NCBI GenBank assembly: GCA_964016885.1
Contig: OZ024740.1
Coordinates: 21,266,001 to 21,330,000, forward strand
Direction of reading: 5' to 3'
Source: Eledone cirrhosa
Lineage: Eukaryota
Length of the DNA stretch: 64,000 bases
The notes under the pieces are model-generated. The model did not search any database and had not been told where the DNA came from. It saw nothing but the letters and a program-made list of their open reading frames with translations. The translations under genes and the position numbers were made by a program. Positions 1 through 15,000 of the stretch are shown here, piece by piece (the first letter of the stretch is position 1; each line of letters begins with the position of its first letter).

Positions 1-3000
1 CTTTCAATGTTATATTATCAGACTGTATATCTTGGACTACATTATACAATATACCATTCCTTCTTTCAATGTGATATTATCAGACAGTATATCTTGGACT
101 ACATTAGACAATGTATCGTTCCTTCTTTCAATGTGATATTATCAGACAGTATATCTTGGACTACATTAGACAATGTACCATTACTTCTTCCAAGGTGATA
201 TTATCAGACAGTATATCTTGGACTACATTAGACAATGTACCATTCCTACTTTCAATGTGATATTATCAGTCAGTATATCTTGGACTACATTAGACAATGT
301 ACCATTCCTTCTTTCAATGTGATATTATCAGACAGTATATATTGGACTACATTATACGATGTACCATTACTTCTTTCAATGTTATATTATCAGACTGTAT
401 ATCTTGGACTACATTAGACAATATACCATTCCTTCTTTCAATGTGATATTATCAGACAGTATATCTTGGACTACATTAGACAATGTACCATTCCTTCTTT
501 CAAGGTGATATTATCAGACAGTATATCTTGGACTACATTAGACAATGTACCATTCCTTCTTTCAAGGTGATATTATCAGACAGTATATCTTGGACTACAT
601 TAGACAATGTACCATTCCTTCTTTCAAGGTGATATTATCAGACAGTATATCTTGGACTACATTAGACAATGTACCATTCCTTCTTTCAATGTTATATTAT
701 CAGACAGTATATCTTCGACTACATTAGACAATATACCATTCCTTCTTTCAATGTGATATTATCAGACAGTATATCTTGGAATACATTAGACAATGTACCA
801 TTCTTTCTTTCAAGGTGATTTTATCAGACAGTATATCTTGGACTACAGTAGACAATGTACCATTCCTACTTTCAATGTGATATTATCAGACAGTATATCT
901 TGGACTATATTAGACAATGTACCATTCCTTCTTTCAATGTTATATTATCAGACTGTATATCTTGGACTACATTAGACAATATACCATTCCTTCTTTCAAT
1001 GTGATATTATCAGACAGTATATCTTGGACTACATTAGACAATGTATCGTTCCTTCTTTCAATGTGATATTATCAGACAGTATATCTTGGACTACATTAGA
1101 CAATGTACCATTCCTTCTTCCAATGTGATATTATCAGACAGTATATCTTGGACTACATTAGACAATGTACCATTCCTTCTTTCAATGTGATATTATCAGA
1201 CAGTATAACTTTGACTACATTAGACAAAGTACCATTCCTTCTTTCAATGTGATATTATCAGACAGTATATCTTGGACTACATTTGACAATGTATCGTTCC
1301 TTCTTTCAATGTGATATTATCAGACAGTATATCTTGGACTACATTAGACAATGTACCATTCCTTCTTTCAAGGTGATATTATCAGACAGTATATCTTGGA
1401 CTACATTAGAGAATGTATCGTTCCTTCTTTCAAGGTGATAGTATGAGACAGTATATCTTGGACTACATTAGACAATGTACCATTCCTTCTTTCAATGTGA
1501 TATTATCAGACAGTATATCTTGGACTACATTTGACAATGTATCTTTCCTTCTTTCAATGTGATATTATCAGACAGTATATCTTGGACTACATTAGACAAT
1601 GTACCATTCCTTCTTTCAATGTTATATTATCACACAGTATATCTTGGACTACATTAGACAATAGTCCATTCCTTATTTCAATATGATATTATCAGACAGT
1701 ATATCTTGGACTACATTAGACAATGTACCATTCCTTCTTTCAATGTGATATTATCAGACAGTATATCTTCGACTACATTAGACAATGTACCACTCCTTCT
1801 TTCAATGTTATATTATCAGACAGTATATCTTCGACTACATTAGACAATATACCATTCCTTCTTTCAATGTGATATTATCAGACAGTATATCTTGGAATAC
1901 ATTAGACAATGTACCATTCTTTCTTTCAAGGTGATATTATCAGACAGTATATCTTGGACTACAGTAGACAATGTACCATTCCTTCTTTCAAGGTTATATT
2001 ATCAGACAGTATATCTTGGACTACAATAGACAATGTACCATTCCTACTTTCAATGTGATATTATCAGACAGTATATCTTGGACTACATTAGACAATGTAC
2101 CATTTATTCGTTAAACGTGGTATTATCAGACAGTATATCTTGGGCTACATTAGACAATATACAAGTCCTTGTCTCAATGTGATATTATCAAACAGTATAT
2201 CCTGGACTACATTAGACAATATACCAGTCCTTGTCTCAATGTGATATTATCAGACAGTATATCTTGGACTACATTAGACAATGTACCATTCCTTCTTTCA
2301 ATGTTATATTATCAGACAGTATATCTTCGACTACATTAGACAATATACCATTCCTTCTTTCAATGTGATATTATCAGACAGTATATCTTGGAATACATTA
2401 GACAATGTACCATTCTTTCTTTCAAGGTGATATTATCAGACAGTATATCTTGGACTACAGTAGACAATGTACCATTCCTACTTTCAATGTGATATTATCA
2501 GACAGTATATCTTGGACTACATTAGACAATGTACCATTCCTTCTTTCAATGTGATATTATCAGACAGTATATATTGGACTACATTATACGATGTACCATT
2601 CCTTCTTTCAATGTTATATTATCAGACTGTATATCTTGGACTACATTAGACAATATACCATTCCTTCTTTCAATGTGATATTATCAGACAGTATATCTTG
2701 GACTACATTTGACAATGTACCATTCCTTCTTTCAATGTGATATTATCAGACAGTATATCTTGGACTACATTAGACAATGTACCTTTCCTTCTTTCAATGT
2801 GATATTATCAGACAGTATATCTTGGACTTCATTAGACAATGTACCATTCCTTCTTTCAATGGGATATTATAAGACACTATATCTTGGACTACATTAGACA
2901 ATAGTCCATTCCTTCTTTCAATGTGATATTATCAGACAGTATACCTTGGACTACATTAGACAATGTACCATTCCTTCTTTCAAGGTTATTTTATCAGACA

Positions 3001-6000
3001 GTATATCTTGGACTACATTAGACAATGTATCGTTCCTTCTTTCAAGATGATATTATCAGACAGTATATCTTGGACTACATTAGACAATGTACCATTCCTT
3101 CTGTCAATGTGATATTATCAGACTGTCTAATGTAGTCCAAGATATACTGTCTGATAATATCACATTGAAAGAAGGAATGGTACATTGTCTAATGTAGTCC
3201 AAGATATACTATGTACCGTTCCTTCTTTCAATGTCATATTATCAGACAGTATATCTTGGACTACATTAGACAATGTACCATTCCTTCTTTCAACGTGATA
3301 TTATCAGACAGTATATCTTGGACTACATTAGACAATGTACCATTCCTTCTTTCAAGGTTATATTATCAGACAGTATATCTTGGACTACATTAGACAATAT
3401 ACCATTCCTTCTTTCAATGTGATATTATCAGACAGTATATCTTGGAATACATTAGACAATGTACCATTCTTTCTTTCAAGGTGATATTATCAGACAGTAT
3501 ATCTTGGACTACAGTAGACAATGTACCATTCCTACTTTCAATGTGATATTATCAGACAGTATATCTTGGACTACATTAGACAATGTACCATTCCTTCTTT
3601 CAATGTGATATTATCAGACAGTATATATTGGACTACATTATACGATGTACCATTCCTTCTTTCAATGTTATATTATCAGACTGTATATCTTGGACTACAT
3701 TAGACAATATACCATTCCTTCTTTCAATGTGATATTATCAGACAGTATATCTTGGACTACATTAGACAATGTATCGTTCCTTCTTTCAATGTGATATTAT
3801 CAGACAGTATATCTTGGACTACATTAGACAATGTACCATTACTTCTTCCAAGGTGATATTATCAGACAGTATATCTTGGACTACATTAGACAATGTACCA
3901 TTCCTACTTTCAATGTGATATTATCAGTCAGTATATCTTGGACTACATTAGACAATGTACCATTCCTTCTTTCAATGTGATATTATCAGACAGTATATAT
4001 TGGACTACATTATACGATGTACCATTCCTTCTTTCAATGTTATATTATCAGACTGTATATCTTGGACTACATTAGACAATATACCATTCCTTCTTTCAAT
4101 GTGATATTATCAGACAGTATATCTTGGACTACATTAGACAATGTACCATTCCTTCTTTCAAGGTGATATTATCAGACAGTATATCTTGGACTACATTAGA
4201 CAATGTACCATTCCTTCTTTCAAGGTGATATTATCAGACAGTATATCTTGGACTACATTAGACAATGTACCATTCCTTCTTTCAAGGTGATATTATCAGA
4301 CAGTATATCTTGGACTACATTAGACAATGTACCATTCCTTCTTTCAATGTTATATTATCAGACAGTATATCTTCGACTACATTAGACAATATACCATTCC
4401 TTCTTTCAATGTGATATTATCAGACAGTATATCTTGGAATACATTAGACAATGTACCATTCTTTCTTTCAAGGTGATTTTATCAGACAGTATATCTTGGA
4501 CTACAGTAGACAATGTACCATTCCTACTTTCAATGTGATATTATCAGACAGTATATCTTGGACTACATTAGACAATGTACCATTCCTTCTTTCAATGTTA
4601 TATTATCAGACTGTATATCTTGGTCTACATTAGACAATATACCATTCCTTCTTTCAATGTGATATTATCAGACAGTATATCTTGGACTACATTAGACAAT
4701 GTATCGTTCCTTCTTTCAATGTGATATTATCAGACAGTATATCTTGGACTACATTAGACAATGTACCATTCCTTCTTCCAATGTGATATTATCAGACAGT
4801 ATATCTTGGACTACATTAGACAATGTACCATTCCTTCTTTCAATGTGATATTATCAGACAGTATAACTTTGACTACATTAGACAAAGTACCATTCCTTCT
4901 TTCAATGTGATATTATCAGACAGTATATCTTGGACTACATTTGACAATGTATCGTTCCTTCTTTCAATGTGATATTATCAGACAGTATATCTTGGACTAC
5001 ATTAGACAATGTACCATTCCTTCTTTCAAGGTGATATTATCAGACAGTATATCTTGGACTACATTAGAGAATGTATCGTTCCTTCTTTCAAGGTGATAGT
5101 ATGAGACAGTATATCTTGGACTACATTAGACAATGTACCATTCCTTCTTTCAATGTGATATTATCAGACAGTATATCTTGGACTACATTTGACAATGTAT
5201 CTTTCCTTCTTTCAATGTGATATTATCAGACAGTATATCTTGGACTACATTAGACAATGTACCATTCCTTCTTTCAATGTTATATTATCACACAGTATAT
5301 CTTGGACTACATTAGACAATAGTCCATTCCTTATTTCAATATGATATTATCAGACAGTATATCTTGGACTACATTAGACAATGTACCATTCCTTCTTTCA
5401 ATGTGATATTATCAGACAGTATATCTTCGACTACATTAGACAATGTACCACTCCTTCTTTCAATGTTATATTATCAGACAGTATATCTTCGACTACATTA
5501 GACAATATACCATTCCTTCTTTCAATGTGATATTATCAGACAGTATATCTTGGAATACATTAGACAATGTACCATTCTTTCTTTCAAGGTGATATTATCA
5601 GACAGTATATCTTGGACTACAGTAGACAATGTACCATTCCTTCTTTCAAGGTTATATTATCAGACAGTATATCTTGGACTACAATAGACAATGTACCATT
5701 CCTACTTTCAATGTGATATTATCAGACAGTATATCTTGGACTACATTAGACAATGTACCATTTATTCGTTAAACGTGGTATTATCAGACAGTATATCTTG
5801 GGCTACATTAGACAATATACAAGTCCTTGTCTCAATGTGATATTATCAAACAGTATATCCTGGACTACATTAGACAATATACCAGTCCTTGTCTCAATGT
5901 GATATTATCAGACAGTATATCTTGGACTACATTAGACAATGTACCATTCCTTCTTTCAATGTTATATTATCAGACAGTATATCTTCGACTACATTAGACA

Positions 6001-9000
6001 ATATACCATTCCTTCTTTCAATGTGATATTATCAGACAGTATATCTTGGAATACATTAGACAATGTACCATTCTTTCTTTCAAGGTGATATTATCAGACA
6101 GTATATCTTGGACTACAGTAGACAATGTACCATTCCTACTTTCAATGTGATATTATCAGACAGTATATATTGGACTACATTATACGATGTACCATTCCTT
6201 CTTTCAATGTTATATTATCAGACTGTATATCTTGGACTACATTAGACAATATACCATTCCTTCTTTCAATGTGATATTATCAGACAGTATATCTTGGACT
6301 ACATTTGACAATGTACCATTCCTTCTTTCAATGTGATATTATCAGACAGTATATCTTGGACTACATTAGACAATGTACCTTTCCTTCTTTCAATGTGATA
6401 TTATCAGACAGTATATCTTGGACTTCATTAGACAATGTACCATTCCTTCTTTCAATGGGATATTATAAGACACTATATCTTGGACTACATTAGACAATAG
6501 TCCATTCCTTCTTTCAATGTGATATTATCAGACAGTATACCTTGGACTACATTGGACAATGTACCATTCCTTCTTTCAAGGTTATTTTATCAGACAGTAT
6601 ATCTTGGACTACATTAGACAATGTATCGTTCCTTCTTTCAAGATGATATTATCAGACAGTATATCTTGGACTAGTTTAGACAATGTACCACTCCTTCTTT
6701 CAATGTGATATTATCAGACAGTATATCTTGGACTACATTAGACAATGTACCATTCCTTCTGTCAATGTGATATTATCAGACTGTCTAATGTAGTCCAAGA
6801 TATACTGTCTGATAATATCACATTGAAAGAAGGAATGGTACATTGTCTAATGTAGTCCAAGATATACTATGTACCGTTCCTTCTTTCAATGTCATATTAT
6901 CAGACAGTATATCTTGGACTACATTAGACAATGTACCATTCCTTCTTTCAACGTGATATTATCAGACAGTATATCTTGGACTACATTAGACAATGTACCA
7001 TTCCTTCTTTCAAGGTTATATTATCAGACAGTATATCTTGGACTACAATAGACAATGTACCATTCCTACTTTCAATGTGATATTATGACACAGTATATCT
7101 TGGACTACATTAGACAATGTACCATTTATTCTTTAAACGTGGTATTATCAGACAGTATATCTTGGTCTACACTAGACAATATACAAGTCCTTGTCTCAAT
7201 GTGATATTATCAAACAGTATATCCTGGACTACATTAGACAATATACCAGTCCTTGTCTCAATGTGATATTATCAGACAGTATATCTTGGACTACATTAGA
7301 CAATGTACCATTTCTTCTTTCAATGTGATATCATCAGACAGTATATCTTGGATTACATTAGACAATATACCATTCCTTCTTTCAACGTGATATTATCAGA
7401 CAGTATATCTTGGACTACATTAGACAATGTACCATTCCTTCTTTCAAGGTGATATTATCAGACAGTATATCTTGGACTATATTAGACAATGTACCATTAC
7501 TTCTTTCAATGTCATATTATCAGACAGTATATCTTGGACTACATTAGACAATATACCATTCCTTCTTTCAATGTGATATTATCAGACAGTATATCTTGGA
7601 CTACATTAGACAATGTACCATTCCTTCTTTCAAGGTGATATTATCAGACAGTATATCTTGGACTACATTAGACAATGTACCATTCCTTCTTTCAATGTGA
7701 TATTATCAGACAGTATATCTTGGACTACATTTGACAATGTACCATTCCTTCTTTCAATGTGATATTATCAGACAGTATATCTTGGACTACATTAGACAAT
7801 GTACCTTTCCTTCTTTCAATGTGATATTATCAGACAGTATATCTTGGACTTCATTAGACAATGTACCATTCCTTCTTTCAATGGGATATTATAAGACACT
7901 ATATATTGGACTACATTAGACAATAGTCCATTCCTTCTTTCAATATGATATTATCAGACAGTATACCTTGGACTACATTAGACAATGTACCATTCCTTCT
8001 TTCAATGTTATTTTATGAGACAGTATATCTTGGACTACATTAGACAATGTATCGTTCCTTCTTTCAAGATGATATTATCAGACAGTATATCTTGGACTAG
8101 ATTAGGCAATGTACCACTCCTTCTTTCAATGTGATATTATCAGACAGTATATCTTGGACTACATTAGACAATGTACCATTCCTTCTGTCAATGTGATATT
8201 ATCAGACTGTCTAATGTAGTCCAAGATATACTGTCTGATAATATCACATTGAAAGAAGGAATGGTACATTGTCTAATGTAGTCCAAGATATACTATGTAC
8301 CGTTCCTTCTTTCAATGTCATATTATCAGACAGTATATCTTGGACTACATTAGACAATGTACCATTCCTTCTTTCAACGTGATATTATCAGACAGTATAT
8401 CTTGGACTACATTAGACAATGTACCATTCCTTCTTTCAAGGTTATATTATCAGACAGTATATCTTGGACTACAATAGACAATGTACCATTCCTACTTTCA
8501 ATGTGATATTATCAGACAGTATATCTTGGACTACATTAGACAATGTACCATTTATTCTTTAAACGTGGTATTATCAGACAGTATATCTTGGGCTACATTA
8601 GACAATATACAAGTCCTTGTCTCAATGTGATATTATCAAACAGTATATCCTGGACTACATTAGACAATATACCATTCCTTCTTTCAACGTGATATTATCA
8701 GACAGTATATCTTGGACTACATTAGACAATGTACCATTCCTTCTTTCAAGGTGATATTATCAGACAGTATATCTTGGACTACATTAGACAATGTACCATT
8801 ACTTCTTTCAATGTCATATTATCAGACAGTATATCTTGGACTACATTAGACAATATACCATTCCTTCTTTCAATGTGATATTATCAGACAGTATATCTTG
8901 GACTACATTAGACAATGTACCATTCCTTCTTTCAAGGTGATATTATCAGACAGTATATCTTGGACTACATTAGACAATGTACCATATCTTGGACAACATT

Positions 9001-12000
9001 AGACAATGTACCATTCTTTCTTTCAAAGTGATATTATCAGACAGTATATTTTGGACTACAATAGACAATGTACCATTCCTACTTTCAATGTGATATTATC
9101 AGACAGTATATCTTGGACTACATTAGACAATATACAAGTCCTTGTCTCAATGTGATATTATCAAACAGTATATCCTGGACTACATGAGACAATATACCAT
9201 TCCTTCTTTCAATGTCATATTATCAGACAGTATATCTTCGACTACATTAGACAATGTACCATTCCTTCTTTCAATATGATATTATCAAACAGTATATCTT
9301 GGACTACATTAGACAATGTATCGTTCCTTCTTTCAATGTGATATTATCTACAATGTGATATTATCAGACAGTATATCTTGGACTACATTAGACGATGTCA
9401 TATTCAATGTCATATTATCAGACAGTATATCTTGGACTACATTAGACAATATACCATTCCTTCTTTCAATATGATATTATCAAACAGTATATCTTGGACT
9501 ACATTAGACAATGTACCATTCCTTCTTTCAACGTGATATTATCAGACAGTATATCTTGGACTACATTAGACAATGTACCATTCCTTCTAATGTAGTCCAA
9601 GATATACTGTCTGACAATGTACCATTCCTTCTTTCAATGTGATATTATCAGACAGTATATCATGGACTACATTATACAATGTACCATTCCTTCTTTCAAT
9701 GTCATATTATCAGACAGTATATCTTCGACTACATTAGACAATGTACCATTCCTTCTTTCAATATGATATTATCAAACAGTATATCTTGGACTACATTAGA
9801 CAATGTATCGTTCCTTCTTTCAATGTGATATTATCTACAATGTGATATTATCAGACAGTATATCTTGGACTACATTAGACGATGTCATATTCAATGTCAT
9901 ATTATCAGACAGTATATCTTGGACTACATTAGACAATATACCATTCCTTCTTTCAATGTGATATTATCAGACAGTATATCTTGGACTACATTAGACAATG
10001 TACCATTCCTTCTTTCAAGGTGATATTATCAGACAGTATATCTTGGACTACATTAGACAATGTACCATTCCTTCTTTCAATGTGATATTATCAGACAGTA
10101 TATCTTGGACTACATTTGACAATGTACCATTCCTTCTTTCAATGTGATATTATCAGACAGTATATCTTGGACTTCATTAGACAATGTACCATTCCTTCTC
10201 TCAATGGGATATTATAAGACACTATATCTTGGACTACATTAGACAATAGTCCATTCCTTCTTTCAATATGATATTATCAGACAGTATACCTTGGACTACA
10301 TTAGACAATGTACCATTCCTTCTTTCAAGGTGATATTATCAGACAGTATATCTTGGACTACATTAGACAATGTACCATTACTTCTTTCAATGTCATATTA
10401 TCAGACAGTATATCTTGGACTACATTAGACAATATACCATTCCTTCTTTCAATGTGATATTATCAGACAGTATATCTTGGACTACATTAGACAATGTACC
10501 ATTCCTTCTTTCAAGGTGATATTATCAGACAGTATATCTTGGACTACATTAGACAATGTACCATTCCTTCTTTCAATGTGATATTATCAGACAGTATATC
10601 TTGGACTACATTTGACAATGTACCATTCCTTCTTTCAATGTGATATTATCAGACAGTATATCTTGGACTTCATTAGACAATGTACCATTCCTTCTCTCAA
10701 TGGGATATTATAAGACACTATATCTTGGACTACATTAGACAATAGTCCATTCCTTCTTTCAATATGATATTATCAGACAGTATACCTTGGACTACATTAG
10801 ACAATGTACCATTCCTTCTTTCAAGGTTATTTTATCAGACAGTATATCTTGGACTACATTAGACGATGTACCATTACTTCTTTCAATGTGATATTATCAG
10901 ACAGTATATCTTGGACTACATTAGACAATGTATCGTTCCTTCTTTCAAGATGATATTATCAGACAGTATATCTTGGACTACATTAGAGAATGTATCGTTC
11001 CTTCTTTCAAGGTGATAGTATGAGACAGTATATCTTGGACTACATTAGACAATGTACCATTCCTTCTTTCAATGTGATATTATCAGACAGTATATCTTGG
11101 ACTACATTTGACAATGTATCTTTCCTTCTTTCAATGTGATATTATCAGACAGTATATCTTGGACTACATTAGACAATGTCCCATTCCTTCTTTCAATGTT
11201 ATATTATCACACAGTATATCTTGGACTACATTAGACAATGTACCATTCCTTCTTTCAATGTTATATTATCAGACAGTATATCTTGGACTACATTAGACAA
11301 TGTACCTTTCCTTCTTTCAACGTGATATTATCAGACAGTATATCTTGGACTTCATTAGACAATGTACCATTCCTTCTTTCAATGGGATATTATAAGACAG
11401 TATATCTTGGACTACATTAGACAATAGTCCATTCCTTATTTCAATATGATATTATCATACAGTATATCTTGGACTACATTAGACAATGTACCATTCCTTC
11501 TTTCAATGTGATATTATCAGACAGTATATCTTCGACTACATTAGACAATGTACCATTCCTTCTTTCAAGGTTATTTTATCAGACAGTATATCTTGGACTA
11601 CATTAGACAATGTATCGTTCCTTCTTTCAAGATGATATTATCAGACAGTATATCTTGGACTAGATTAGACAATGTACCATTCCTTCTTTCAATGTGATAT
11701 TATCAGACAGTATATCTTGGACTACAGTAGACAATGTACCATTCTTTCTGTCAATGTGATATTATCAGACTGTCTAATGTAGTCCAAGATATACTGTCTG
11801 ATAATATCACATTGAAAGAAGTAATGGTACATTGTCTAATGTACATATCAGTAGACTATGTACCATTCCTTCTTTCAATGTTATATTATCAGACAGTATA
11901 TCTTCGACTACATTAGACAATATACCATTCCTTCTTTCAATGTGATATTATCAGACAGTATATCTTGGACAACATTAGACAATGTACCATTCTTTCTTTC

Positions 12001-15000
12001 AAAGTGATATTATCAGACAGTATATTTTGGACTACAATAGACAATGTACCATTCCTACTTTCAATGTGATATTATCAGACAGTATATCTTGGACTACATT
12101 AGACAATGTACCATTCCTTCTTTCAATGTGATATTATCAGACAGTATATCATGGACTACATTATACAATGTACCATTCCTTCTTTCAATGTCATATTATC
12201 AGACAGTATATCTTCGACTACATTAGACAATGTACCATTCCTTCTTTCAATATGATATTATCAAACAGTATATCTTGGACTACATTAGACAATGTATCGT
12301 TCCTTCTTTCAATGTGATATTATCAGACAGTATATCTTGGACTACATTAGACAATGTACCATTCCTTCTTTCAATGTGATATTAACAGACAGTATATCTT
12401 GGACTGCATTAGACAATGTACCATTCCTTCTTTCAAGGTGTAATTATCAGACAGTATATCTTGGACTACACTAGACAATGTACCATTCCTTCTTTCAAGG
12501 TGATATTATCAGACAGTATATCTTGGACTAAATTAGACAATGTACCATTCCTTCTTTCAATGTCATATTATCAGACAGTATATCTTAAACTTCATTAGAC
12601 AATATACCATTCCTTCTTTCAATGTGATATTATCAGACAGTATAACTTTGACTACATTAGACAATGTACCATTCCTTCTTTCAATGAGATATTATAAGAC
12701 AGTATATCTTGGACTACATTACACAATGTACCATTCCTTCTTTCAAGGTGATATTATCAGACAGTATATCTTGGACTACACTAGACAATGAACCATTCTT
12801 TCTTTCAAGGTGATATTATCAGACAGTATATCTTAGACTACATTAGACAATGTACCATTCCTTCTGTCAATGTGATATTATCAGACTGTCTAATGTAGTC
12901 CAAGATATACTGTCTGATAATATCACATTGAAAGAAGGAATGGTACATTGTCTAATGTAGTCCAAGATATACTATGTACCATTCCATCTTTCAATGTCAT
13001 ATTATCAGACAGTATATCTTCGACTACATTAGACAAAGTACCATTCCTTCTTTCAATGTGATATTATCAGACAGTATATCTTGGACTACATTAGACAATG
13101 TACCATTCCTTCTTTCAATGAGATATTATAAGACAGTATATCTTGGACTACATTAGACAATGTACCATTCCTTCTTTCAAGGTGATATTATCAGACAGTA
13201 TATCTTGGACTACACTAGACAATGAACCATTCCTTCTTTCAAGGTGATATTATCAGACAGTATATCTTGGACTAAATTAGACAATGTACCATTCCTTCTT
13301 TCAATGTCATATTATCAGACAGTATATCTTGGACTTCATTAGACAATATACCATTCCTTCTTTCAATGTGATATTATCAGACAGTATATCTTGGACTACA
13401 TTAGACAATGTACCATTCCTTCTTTCAAGGTGATATTATCAGACAGTATATCTTGGACTACATTAGACAATGTACCATTCCTTCTTTCAAGGTGATATTA
13501 TCAGACAGTATATCTTGGACTACATTAGACAATGTACCATTCCTTCTTTCAAGGTGATATTATCAGACAGTATATCTTGGACTACATTAGACAATGTACC
13601 ATTCCTTCTTTCAATGTTATATTATCAGACAGTATATTTTCGACTACATTAGACAATATACCATTCCTTTTTTCAATGTGATATTATCAGACAGTATATC
13701 TTGGACAACATTAGACAATGTACCATTCTTTCTTTCAAGGTGATATTATCAGACAGTATATCTTGGACTACAATAGACAATGTACCATTCCTACTTTCAA
13801 TGTGATATTATCAGACAGTATATCTTGGACTACATTAGACAATGTACCATTCCTACTTTCAATGTGATATTATCAGACAGTATATCATGGACTACATTAT
13901 ACAATGTACCATTCCTTCTTTCAATGTTATATTATCAGACTGTATATCTTGGACTACATTAGACAATATACCATTCCTTCTTTCAATGTGATATTATCAG
14001 ACAGTATATCTTGGACTACATTAGACAATGTACCATTCCTTCTTTCAATGTGATATTATCAGACAGTATATCTTGGACTACATTAGACAATGTACCATTC
14101 CTTCTTTCAATGGGATATTATCAGACAGTATAACTTGGACTACATTAGACAATGTACCATTCCTTCTTTCAAGGTGATATTATCAGACAGTATATCTTGG
14201 ACTACATTAGACAATGTACCATTCCTTCTTTCAATGTGATATTATCAGACAGTGTATCTTGGACTACATTACACAATGTACCATTCCTTCTGTCAATGTT
14301 ATATTATCAGACTGTCTAATGTAGTCCAAGATATACTGTCTGATAATATCACATTGAAAGATGGAATGGTACATTGTCAAATGTAGTCCAAGATATACTA
14401 TGTACCATTCCTTCTTTCAATGTCATATTATCAGACAGTATATCTTCGACTACATTAGACAATGTACCATTCCTTCTTTCAATGTGATATTATCAAACAG
14501 TATATCTTGGACTACATTAGACAATGTATCGTTCCTTCTTTCAATGTGATATTATCAGACAGTATATCTTGGACTACATTAGACAATGTACCATTCCTTC
14601 TTTCAATGTGATATTATCAGACAGTATATCTTGGACTGCATTAGACAATGTACCATTCCTTTTTTCAACGTGATATTATCAGACAGTATATCTTGGACTA
14701 CAATAGACAATGAACCATTCCTTCTTTCAAGGTGATATTATCAGACAGTATATCTTGGACTAAATTAGACAATGTACCATTCCTTCTTTCAATGTCATAT
14801 TATCAGACAGTATATCTTGGACTTCATTAGATAATATACCATTCCTTCTTTCAATGTGATATTATCAGACAGTATATCTTGGACTACATTAGACAATGTA
14901 CCATTCCTTCTTTCAAGGTGATATTATCAGACAGTATATATTGGACTACATTAGACAATTTACCATTCCTTCTTTCAAGGTGATATTATCAGACAGTATA

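Noticed and set aside
3141-3200. Hammerhead-like CTGATAA...GAAA on the satellite minus strand
   Set aside because: C3/A8 mismatch, no stem II between the motifs, and no consistent stems I and III.
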